A stretch of DNA of 64,000 nt from Planctomycetales bacterium (lineage in GTDB: Bacteria; 4484-113): assembly GCA_037441675.1 (NCBI GenBank), contig JBBIRS010000001.1, forward strand, positions 256,001 through 320,000, in the 5' to 3' direction. Positions 48,050 through 56,252 of this stretch are shown piece after piece; within the stretch, counting starts at the first letter, position 1; each line of letters begins with the position of its first letter. A program made the translations under genes and the position numbers. A model generated the notes under the pieces. That model searched no databases, was not told where the DNA came from, and worked only from the letters and a program-made list of their open reading frames with translations.

Positions 48050-49578
48050 CGCAAATTCAAACGATCCATCTAGGTAGTTTTGTTTTTCTGTCACCGCTCC
48101 TAATCCTTGTCGCATGCGTCCTTTTACTCATTCTGCTAGATGCTATGAAGATCGGTAGGAGTTTTAAGGTTCAGGGAACTATGAGCGCCCTTTCCTTATT
48201 ATTTGCACTAATTGCGCTAGCGGTTTTCTTTCCATTTAATCCAGTTCAGTTATTTGGCGGTGCGGTAATTTACAACGGCTTTACCGCCTTAATTAATGCC
48301 TCGTTACTGCTTCTCCTTCTATTAACGATAGTTATCTCGTCTCCCTACCTCTTGAAGGTAAAATCTGAAGGGTTTGAATACTTTCCGCTAATTATAACCT
48401 CCGCAATTGGAATGATGCTTCTTCCAATGACGAGGGAGCTTGTAAGCCTAATTGTTTCCATTGAGATTCTTTCCATTCCGCTTTACATATTATCCGGCTA
48501 TAACAGGCACATTGAGGAAAGCAAGGAAGCTGGGTTCAAGTATTTTCTTCTAGGGGCATTCTCCAGCTCCTTCTTAATATTTGGCGCAGGTTTAATCTAC
48601 GGTTCCACTGGGTCAATTTGGTTGAGTGATATTGCCTTGAATCTTCCATTGGTGGAAGAGAAATTTCTTCTACTTTTGGGTTTAGCGATGTTGTTGGTTG
48701 GTTTAGGATTCAAGCTAGCGATTGTTCCCTTTCACAGCTGGGTACCGGATGTGTATCAAGGTGCGCCTAGTCCCGTCGTTGGATTTATGGCAGGTGCGGT
48801 GAAGCTATCAGTCCTCTCAGCCCTGTTGGTGGTGCTCTTTTACGGCTTTGGTCTCATCTCCCTCTATTGGAAGCCAATCTTCATTATCCTTGCGGTTCTG
48901 ACTATGTTTCTTGGTAACTTCGGGGCTCTTCATCAGATGAGCCTAAAAAGACTCCTTGCTTACTCTTCCATCTCCCATGTTGGTTACATTATAACCGGCT
49001 TAGTAATTCCAGCTCCCGCAATAAGTACTGCGATTATTTTCTACGCCATAAGTTATGCGGTAGCTGTCTTAGGAATATTTGCGCTTCTTTCAATGTGGGC
49101 AACGGAGAAAAGCGATGACGTTTATCTTGATGATATTCGTGGACTTTCCCAGAAAGAGCCATTGGTCGCTTTAATGCTTGCAATTTTCCTAATGTCCCTG
49201 ATAGGTGTCCCAATTACCGCAGGGTTTCTTGCCAAGCTGTATCTATTCTACGAAGTTTACCGTGCGGGATACGTTTATTTAGTCATCATTGCAATCATCA
49301 ATTCAATTATTTCTGTTTACTATTACTTCCGAGTTATAACAGCGATGTATATCCTGCCTGCGGCAGCGCCAAGCAACATTGAGGGTGATGTTAATTTTGC
49401 GCACGCAGCTCTTAATAGTGCGAATCAATCAAATCCGTTCTCCGCAAGGGCTAGGGTGCGTTCTCAAGAATCTGCTCCCCTTAACCTGCTTGTTGGCTAT
49501 GTATGTTTACTGATAAGCGTTGCACTGGGAATAGCTCCTAGGCTTATCCTTTTGTTGCTCAACATTTATCATATTTAA
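48046..49578 (+). CDS. nuoN: NADH-quinone oxidoreductase subunit N
   Basis: FKLAIVPFHSWVPDVYQGAP and KRLLAYSSISH. Confidence 0.95.
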   Translation: MTQIQTIHLGSFVFLSPLLILVACVLLLILLDAMKIGRSFKVQGTMSALSLLFALIALAVFFPFNPVQLFGGAVIYNGFTALINASLLLLLLLTIVISSPYLLKVKSEGFEYFPLIITSAIGMMLLPMTRELVSLIVSIEILSIPLYILSGYNRHIEESKEAGFKYFLLGAFSSSFLIFGAGLIYGSTGSIWLSDIALNLPLVEEKFLLLLGLAMLLVGLGFKLAIVPFHSWVPDVYQGAPSPVVGFMAGAVKLSVLSALLVVLFYGFGLISLYWKPIFIILAVLTMFLGNFGALHQMSLKRLLAYSSISHVGYIITGLVIPAPAISTAIIFYAISYAVAVLGIFALLSMWATEKSDDVYLDDIRGLSQKEPLVALMLAIFLMSLIGVPITAGFLAKLYLFYEVYRAGYVYLVIIAIINSIISVYYYFRVITAMYILPAAAPSNIEGDVNFAHAALNSANQSNPFSARARVRSQESAPLNLLVGYVCLLISVALGIAPRLILLLLNIYHI

Positions 49579-49628
49579 GTATTTTCAAAATTTTGATGGA
49601 ATTATCCTTTAATCTTTAATTACATCAC

Positions 49629-49657
49629 TTGACAGAAAAATTTTGCTCTGTTATAAT
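49629..49657 (+). promoter_or_regulatory. Perfect-consensus sigma-70 promoter with extended -10
   Basis: TTGACA-N17-TATAAT with TG two bases before the -10. Confidence 0.8.
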
Positions 49658-49777
49658 TAACTAAACCTGATACTTGACGGGGGAAGTTAAATATCAGGCT
49701 TGACTTATGGTTGAGTTTTGGTTTATTATTAGTGCGTTGACCTATCCTCAACCAAAAAAACAATTTAGAAGGAGTAG

Positions 49778-50461
49778 GTGATTATGAGAAGACTTTTGGG
49801 AGTATTTTTGGTTTTATTAATTGCGGGTATCGTTGTTGGCATAACTAACTGCTCTGGCAGTGGTGGAAGAAAATCGATTGCACCCCCGCCCGGATTTGCT
49901 GGTGGTGCATACCTGCCCCTGATTGGCGGGGCGGATTCTGGGTTGATTGACCTTGTCCTTTCCAACGGCTTTGCTCTTTACGATGCGGAGAGCTCTCTCG
50001 GTGCGTTTGATCCATTGACTGGAGGCGGGTTTGCGTTCGTTGACGGTGAGACCTATTTCTCAGGTTTGTCGGCTTTCGATCTTAATGGCGACGGCGTGAT
50101 GGATCAGGTTTCAGCCACTATGCGTAATTTACCCGCAGATGCAATTAACGCAGGATATCTAGCAGGATATGCGCTTGTCGGAGGAGCGGATTATCTGCCA
50201 CATGAACTATCTGTTGGTAACTTCGTATTTTACCTACCGATCAACCAGAATTTCGCCAACGCATCACTCGTTCTCGCTTTCTGGAGCACGGCAAGCCCCG
50301 GTGTATGGGTCCCGTTCGGATTTACCGGAAGTGTAGTTCCACACCCCAACCAGGATCGATTCCCAGGCATAAAGGTTGTAGAGGTTCGCGGTTACTCTGG
50401 TTATCTTGGTCCAATCGGCGTGTTCGCACCGTTCCATACTGGTGGCGGCGCTCAGGGCTAA
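49778..50461 (+). CDS. Hypothetical lipoprotein
   Basis: AAGGAG RBS; hydrophobic leader then ITNC-SGSGG lipobox-like site; DLNGDG motif. Confidence 0.7.
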   Translation: MIMRRLLGVFLVLLIAGIVVGITNCSGSGGRKSIAPPPGFAGGAYLPLIGGADSGLIDLVLSNGFALYDAESSLGAFDPLTGGGFAFVDGETYFSGLSAFDLNGDGVMDQVSATMRNLPADAINAGYLAGYALVGGADYLPHELSVGNFVFYLPINQNFANASLVLAFWSTASPGVWVPFGFTGSVVPHPNQDRFPGIKVVEVRGYSGYLGPIGVFAPFHTGGGAQG

Positions 50462-50501
50462 TTCTAATTTACCTGTAATTCATTTTCAAAATACGAAAAC
50501 C

Positions 50502-50540
50502 AAGTGTGGGTGGATTTTATCCGCCCACACTTTTTCTTTT
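50502..50540 (+). terminator. Rho-independent terminator
   Basis: AAGTGTGGGTGGA-TTTTA-TCCGCCCACACTT followed by TTTCTTTT. Confidence 0.85.
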
Positions 50541-50680
50541 GTTTAACAGATTTTCTTGTCATACCCTTATTTCATCCTTAGATCCAGCCATCCGCGCATC
50601 TTCTCTCAATAAATTTTTACTCCATTTTGAGCGAATTCGAGGATGTGAGCTGTGATAAACTTTATCAAGTGAGATTGCAG

Positions 50681-50782
50681 ATGAGAGTGCTGTTTATCAT
50701 ACTAATCGGGATTATAGCCGGTCTAGGATTTGGGGCAGTATTTCTTCTCTACAGCTTTCTTGTGAGGATGAAACCATACTGA
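50681..50782 (+). CDS. Putative 33-aa single-TM small protein
   Basis: MRVLFIILIGIIAGLGFGAVFLLYSFLVRMKPY*; below the ORF-track cutoff. Confidence 0.45.
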   Translation: MRVLFIILIGIIAGLGFGAVFLLYSFLVRMKPY

Positions 50783-50919
50783 AAGTGTTATATACTGATG
50801 GTGTTATATAGGTGAGCTTAACCTTACCCAGGAAACTTATCCTCACGATATAACGCTGTAGTTTCGCATCTTCTAAGGGTCTTCTAAAATTTAACCTTCT
50901 TCTTCTCAGCTAGTAAAGG

Positions 50920-52611
50920 TTAAAATTCCTTTAGCCCCCTATACCTTCCCCAAACTTCTTCCATTGCGCCAACAATTTCGCCTTCCGTTGCTCCAGCCCT
51001 TACGCACTCAACAATTCTCTCACAGATAGTGCTTCTCTCTTCGCACGCTCTTTTCAACTCGCCCAATGCGTTACGCATCTTGGTTTCAGAGTAATGCGCC
51101 ACATAACGGGCTCTATTATCAATATAATTTGCCAGTCGCTTCTTCTGTTCAGCTTCCGCGTATTCATCGTGTGGAACCGAAGGGATCCGAACAGGCTCAT
51201 CCCTGTAGGAATTAACTCCCACGATTTTTCTTTTTCCTGAATCAATTTCCCTCTGCCATTCCATCGCCTTAGTATGGATTTCCGCTTGGGGATATCCCTT
51301 TTCAATTGCGCGAAGCATTCCACCCATGTCATCAATCTTGTTAATGTAAACCAGCGCTTCTTCCTCAAGTTTATCTGTTAGCTCTTCAACCAAAAAACTA
51401 CCTGCGAGCGGGTCAATGGAGTTAGTAATTCCGCTTTCCTCTGCTAGGATTTGCTGGGTTCTCAGGGCAAGGGTTGCGCTTTCCTCGGTGGGAAGGTTAA
51501 GCGCCTCATCATAAGCGTTTGTATGAAGGCTTTGAGTTCCGCCTAGGATTGCTGATAAGGCTTGGACTGTTACCCTTACGACATTGTTGAGGGGTTGTTG
51601 GGCTGTAAGCATACTACCAGCGGTTTGAGTATGAAAACGAAGCATCATACTCTTAGGATTCTTTGCGCCAAGTCTTTCTTTTGCAATCTTCGCCCACAAT
51701 CTTCTTGCGGCGCGAAACTTCGCAACTTCTTCCAAGAAGTTGTTGTGCGCACAAAAGAAGAATGAAATTCTAGAGGCATAAGAGTCAAAGGGAAGCCCAG
51801 CCTTATTTGCTCTCTCGCAGTATTCAATTGCATCAGCGAGGGTGAATGCTAGCTCTTGAGAAGCGGTGCATCCAGCCTCCCGCAGATGGTAACCTGAAAT
51901 GGAAATGAAGTTCCATTTCGGCATCTCTTTTGTGCAATAACGAAAGGTGTCGATCGTTAGCGCCATTGATTCTTCAGGAGGAAAGATAAAGGTTCCGCGA
52001 GCCATATACTCCTTAAGAATGTCATTTTGGATAGTTCCTCCCAAGTGTCTCTTATCAATGCCCCGCTCCTCAGCAGTTACAATGTAGAAGGCGAGGATTA
52101 TCATTGCGGGCGCGTTTATAGTCATAGAGGTTGTCACAGTTTCGAGTGGAATATTTTCAAAGAGCTCCCTCATATCAATCAAAGTATCAATTGGCACACC
52201 AACCTTGCCAACTTCACCCTCAGCCAGCGGATGATTGCTGTCATAACCCATCTGGGTGGGAAGGTCAAAGGCGACGGAGAGTCCAGTCTGACCAGAGTTC
52301 AAGAGGTGCTGATACCTTTCATTGGTTTTTTTTGCTGTTGCAAAGCCTGCATACTGCCTCATCGTCCACACGCGCCCCCGGTACATTGTTGGTGTAACAC
52401 CACGAGTAAATGGATACTCTCCCGGAAATCCAATCCTTTCTAAGTATCTCTCCTCACCCTTCTCGTTTAACTCATCCTTCGGCAGGCAGATTAGTGGAAT
52501 TTCAAATCCACTGGTGGATAAAGCTTTTTCATGAATCAGTGGATACTTCTTTACGAAGGGTTTGAAGGATTTCAGTTTCCAACTCTCAAATGCGTCCTCT
52601 ATTTTTCCCAT
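50920..52611 (-). CDS. Methylmalonyl-CoA mutase, stand-alone substrate-binding (large) subunit
   Basis: PGEYPFTRG, WTMRQYAGF, GTIQNDILKEYMARG, GGTQSLHTN; no C-terminal B12-binding domain. Confidence 0.92.
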   Translation of the reverse strand: MGKIEDAFESWKLKSFKPFVKKYPLIHEKALSTSGFEIPLICLPKDELNEKGEERYLERIGFPGEYPFTRGVTPTMYRGRVWTMRQYAGFATAKKTNERYQHLLNSGQTGLSVAFDLPTQMGYDSNHPLAEGEVGKVGVPIDTLIDMRELFENIPLETVTTSMTINAPAMIILAFYIVTAEERGIDKRHLGGTIQNDILKEYMARGTFIFPPEESMALTIDTFRYCTKEMPKWNFISISGYHLREAGCTASQELAFTLADAIEYCERANKAGLPFDSYASRISFFFCAHNNFLEEVAKFRAARRLWAKIAKERLGAKNPKSMMLRFHTQTAGSMLTAQQPLNNVVRVTVQALSAILGGTQSLHTNAYDEALNLPTEESATLALRTQQILAEESGITNSIDPLAGSFLVEELTDKLEEEALVYINKIDDMGGMLRAIEKGYPQAEIHTKAMEWQREIDSGKRKIVGVNSYRDEPVRIPSVPHDEYAEAEQKKRLANYIDNRARYVAHYSETKMRNALGELKRACEERSTICERIVECVRAGATEGEIVGAMEEVWGRYRGLKEF

Positions 52612-52704
52612 AAGTATTCCTCAATAATGGAACTTTTACTACTATCAAGAGTCTGTATTATAAAGGGTCGGATGTTTGCTAAAATATAAGGTACTCGGAC
52701 ATCT

Positions 52705-53019
52705 ATGGGTCAGGCTAAGAATATTAGGATGAGCCTCACTTTTAGTGAGGATTTTGAATTTGCCCCTCAGGTGCCGGAGCAATTCTTTGTTCGAGCTATG
52801 GAAAGGTCTCAGCCTATTTTTCTTACTGAAGACTTTCTTAAGGAAGTTAGGAGCATAACTCCAGATGAGCTAGTGGAGAAAATAATTCAGGACTTGAGGA
52901 AGGATTCTTCCAACTCAACCGATCCCGCTCTTACATGGTACTACTTATTTATGGATTTCCAAGAAGATTTTCCTAGACTAATGCAACTTTATATGCGGAG
53001 TGAAGAAGAGAAAAAGTAA
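52705..53019 (+). CDS. Hypothetical protein
   Basis: 104-aa ORF filling the gap between valid genes; no recognised motif. Confidence 0.55.
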   Translation: MGQAKNIRMSLTFSEDFEFAPQVPEQFFVRAMERSQPIFLTEDFLKEVRSITPDELVEKIIQDLRKDSSNSTDPALTWYYLFMDFQEDFPRLMQLYMRSEEEKK

Positions 53020-53041
53020 CTAGCCATTGAAGCTATTCTTC

Positions 53042-53875
53042 TCACTCATCAAGCTTTTCAACCTTCACAGTTAATTTCTCTAAAGGAAGTCCTTTAGGTG
53101 GTCGAGGTGGTGCATACTCCCATTCCTCCCGCCCCGAATACTTCCTCGCTAACTCCCTCGTTCTCTTAACCCTATCACTAGGGTTTGGATGCGTTCTTAT
53201 TAAGTCAAATAACTCCAGCTTACCAAGGACACCTTCAAGTTCCACAAAGATCTGTAAAGCTCTGCTCATGCCGTAAGGGTCGTAGCCAGCGCGATAAGCT
53301 AGCTTAACGCCCCACTCATCCGCATGCTCCTCGTCATCCCGAGAGTACTTGAGAAAGACGAGATTTCCGCCGGCGGAAAGGACCTCCATCGCTCTAGCGC
53401 CTGTCTCTCCACCAATGGCTATACCGATTGCGAGTATTCCAAGTTGGGCTTTAAGCGCGTCCTCATACATTTTCTTGAAATGCCTTTCCGTTACATGCCC
53501 AATTTCGTGCGCGAGCACTGCGGAGAGCATTCCTTCATCGTATGATATTAAGTCATATAGCCCTTTATTAATAAAAACATAACCGCCCGGAACTGCGAAG
53601 GCGTTGACCTCCTTATCATCAACCAGGGTAAAGGTGTATTTGTAATCTGTTAGCCCTGCCCTTTGCACGAGCCTTTGCCCGATTAGTTTAACTCTTGCCC
53701 CATCCTTTGTGTTGTCTAGGTACTTTTTCTCCTTGGCGTAGTCATTATAAAAATCCCGACCAATTCTTATTTCGTTACTCTTTGAAATTTTGAAGAGCCC
53801 TGCGTTTACCGGATATGCAACAATGAGCAGAAGAAATACTATCAGTAAATATCTTGCTATTAACATTCTTAACAT
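53042..53875 (-). CDS. M48 family metallopeptidase (BepA/LoiP-like)
   Basis: NAFAVPGG, HEIGH, YSRDDEEHAD, THP. Confidence 0.9.
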   Translation of the reverse strand: MLRMLIARYLLIVFLLLIVAYPVNAGLFKISKSNEIRIGRDFYNDYAKEKKYLDNTKDGARVKLIGQRLVQRAGLTDYKYTFTLVDDKEVNAFAVPGGYVFINKGLYDLISYDEGMLSAVLAHEIGHVTERHFKKMYEDALKAQLGILAIGIAIGGETGARAMEVLSAGGNLVFLKYSRDDEEHADEWGVKLAYRAGYDPYGMSRALQIFVELEGVLGKLELFDLIRTHPNPSDRVKRTRELARKYSGREEWEYAPPRPPKGLPLEKLTVKVEKLDE

Positions 53876-53928
53876 TCTTTGTTCCCCTAAACCATATTAC
53901 CATTTATTATGACGGTTAATCTCCCAAT

Positions 53929-54810
53929 TTAGTCAGGAGATGTTGCGTCAAGGGAGAGCCTTGCGGATTTGATGCGGTCAATGCGAAATGTCTTGATCTG
54001 CCTAGACTCATAGCACCAAGCTTCCATATAAACAGAGCTTCCACGCCTTATAAGAGTCCTTGGCGCAATCCTTCTTTCTTTAAACCCGTGAGAGCCTCCT
54101 GAGTAGACCATCACAACGTCTGAGCCCTCTTTCATTGCCCTTCCAATATCCTGAAGCTCCTCAGGAAGAGTGATATCATTTGAAGAAATTGAAACTCTTT
54201 TTAGGATAAGTATTCCAGGATAAATACTCGCAATTTCTGAAAGCGTCTTATTCCATCCCACCTTTTGCGCGAGGAAACAAAAAATTTTGGCGGTAACTTC
54301 CGCGTCATCCGCTGCTCGGTGAAACCTTTTGCTTTCAATGGACAAAGCCTTCGCAAGAGTGCCTAATCTGTAGTTAGGGGCGGAGATAGCCTGACTCGCC
54401 CAGGCGCATGAGTCAATGGTAATTCTATTTAGGATTTTTCTTGATGTTCTTGCGTATTCAAAGGCGAGTATTTCTAAGTCGTATGGCGCATTATGCGCAA
54501 CAAGAATGTCATCCTCGTTAAGATAATCTTCAAAAAGCCCTAGTGCTTCATCAATTCCAGGCGCGTTCGCTACATCCTCATTTCGAATTCCATGAACGAG
54601 ACTTGCGTCCTCTGGGATTTTGGTAAGCGGATGCACGAGGGTTGAAAACTTCGTTTTGGTTACTTCCCCGCAACTAATACGCACCGCCCCCAATTCTACG
54701 ATTCTTGCGGTAAGTCCAGAAAGCCCTGTTGTTTCAAGGTCAAAGGCTACAAAGGATAAATCTCTTATGGGGATCCCAAGTGGGTCTGTTGGAAGCGCTT
54801 GCTGCTTCAT
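53929..54810 (-). CDS. DEDDh 3'-5' exonuclease (DnaQ-like) fused to a C-terminal WYL domain
   Basis: FDLETTG, VAHNAPYD and HRAADDA; C-terminal Y...ERRIAP...YMEAWC..RQIKTFRIDRI (WYL). Confidence 0.85.
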   Translation of the reverse strand: MKQQALPTDPLGIPIRDLSFVAFDLETTGLSGLTARIVELGAVRISCGEVTKTKFSTLVHPLTKIPEDASLVHGIRNEDVANAPGIDEALGLFEDYLNEDDILVAHNAPYDLEILAFEYARTSRKILNRITIDSCAWASQAISAPNYRLGTLAKALSIESKRFHRAADDAEVTAKIFCFLAQKVGWNKTLSEIASIYPGILILKRVSISSNDITLPEELQDIGRAMKEGSDVVMVYSGGSHGFKERRIAPRTLIRRGSSVYMEAWCYESRQIKTFRIDRIKSARLSLDATSPD

Positions 54811-54822
54811 CTTTTCTCTTAA

Positions 54823-55707
54823 CTAGTATCCCAGAAAACAAACCGTTAAGCAACGGGAGCTGGCGGAGAGGATAATAGCCGAAAGGAGCATAGATGTAAG
54901 AATTGAAGGGAGAAAGGCGAACGCAACATTTCCTCTGTCAGAGCTATTGAGCTCAATTAACCTCTCTGTTAGTTCCGTGTTAATTGCAGTGATGTGCTTA
55001 AAGGCAAGAGTTGGTAATTTAGGCAAAAATTTTGCGTACCTTTCAACTCCGACGAGCCCTGAAACTTTCAGGTCTGCCTCGACCTCGCATGATACATCAA
55101 GCCTATCAGCTAGAGCATGCGCAAGTGGGTTAAAGAAGTTGAGCCTTAAGACCGTTCTGCCTATAAACTTGAGTAAATTGTGCTTCAGTTTTACATGCGC
55201 AAGTTCATGCAGAATTACCATCGGTAACATCTGCTTATCCCTCCACATTTCTGCTGATATTGCGATGACTGGCTTTTTCACGCCAAAGGTCGCAGCAAGA
55301 GGAATACTGTCATTTATTCTGACCTCAATTTCGCCTATGTGGTAAATTTCTTGCGCTTCATCATCAATTGGTGGTTTTGGCTCCTTGAGCAGAAAAGCTG
55401 ATGCAAGAGTTGAACTGATGAAGGAAAGAATACCTAAGAATACAATAACTGTTTCCGCCCCCCCTTGCATCAGTGAGACGTAAAAGGGAGTAACCATTCC
55501 GAAATGACCCGAAATCGTTCCGATAGTTGCAATTAGCGTAAGAAGAACTGACAGCAGAATAGGAATGCTAACGCTAAACACCGCAGAACGGGCGCGATAA
55601 ATTTTGGGAATCTTCTTCTCAATCAATAGCCAAAGTAGGCTAGCTAGAAAAACACCCAACGCCTGCAAAAGGAAGAATAGGGCAAAACTTTTTAGGATTA
55701 TTATCAC
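54823..55707 (-). CDS. BlaR1-like M56 membrane metallopeptidase without a penicillin-sensor domain
   Basis: TM helices, ILHELAHVK, FFNPL, CEVEAD; adjacent to a BlaI-family gene. Confidence 0.8.
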   Translation of the reverse strand: MIIILKSFALFFLLQALGVFLASLLWLLIEKKIPKIYRARSAVFSVSIPILLSVLLTLIATIGTISGHFGMVTPFYVSLMQGGAETVIVFLGILSFISSTLASAFLLKEPKPPIDDEAQEIYHIGEIEVRINDSIPLAATFGVKKPVIAISAEMWRDKQMLPMVILHELAHVKLKHNLLKFIGRTVLRLNFFNPLAHALADRLDVSCEVEADLKVSGLVGVERYAKFLPKLPTLAFKHITAINTELTERLIELNSSDRGNVAFAFLPSILTSMLLSAIILSASSRCLTVCFLGY

Positions 55708-55719
55708 GCCTTGATAGCC

Positions 55720-56103
55720 TTACTTTATAATATACCCGCGTTTTTTGAGTTCCTGAACTAGAGATGAAACCTGCTCAGGGCTTGCGTCCTCCAGTGCATC
55801 CAAGATGTTGCTAGCAACAGGTTCTTTGTATCTAGCGATGATACCAGCTATAAAGTCCGAAATTGTCTCCATTACATATTTTCCCCGATCGATGACGGGT
55901 TTGTACAAGTAGCCTCTGCTTACCTTTCTTCGTCTGAGAAGCCCCTTCTGAAACAAATGTGTCATTACCGTCATAACCGTTGTGTAAGCCAGTTTTGAGC
56001 TTCTCTTCTTGTTTAATTCTTCAAGAACCGTGCGAACATCCGCACGCTTCAACCGCCAAATAATATCCATAATCTCACTCTGAAGCGGTCCAAGTTCAGC
56101 CAT
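55720..56103 (-). CDS. BlaI/MecI/CopY-family repressor
   Basis: LGPLQSEIMDIIW, LAYTTVMTVM..L..KGLL, YLYKP; contains no cysteine. Confidence 0.92.
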   Translation of the reverse strand: MAELGPLQSEIMDIIWRLKRADVRTVLEELNKKRSSKLAYTTVMTVMTHLFQKGLLRRRKVSRGYLYKPVIDRGKYVMETISDFIAGIIARYKEPVASNILDALEDASPEQVSSLVQELKKRGYIIK

Positions 56104-56171
56104 AATTATCTCCTATTTTCATTAGTAGTATACCATACTTATGAAAGAAATCCACTTGAAAATAAAATATC

Positions 56172-56199
56172 TTGACAGCTACTAGGTATATAGTAGAAT
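56172..56199 (+). promoter_or_regulatory. Promoter with overlapping palindromic operator for the efflux operon
   Basis: TTGACA-N16-TAGAAT with CTACTA-GGTATA-TAGTAG (56179-56196) covering the spacer and the start of the -10. Confidence 0.65.
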
Positions 56200-56252
56200 A
56201 TCAGCGCTTTTATCCCTATATTGTGCCTTCTGTAATAGTAAAATCATTCAAA

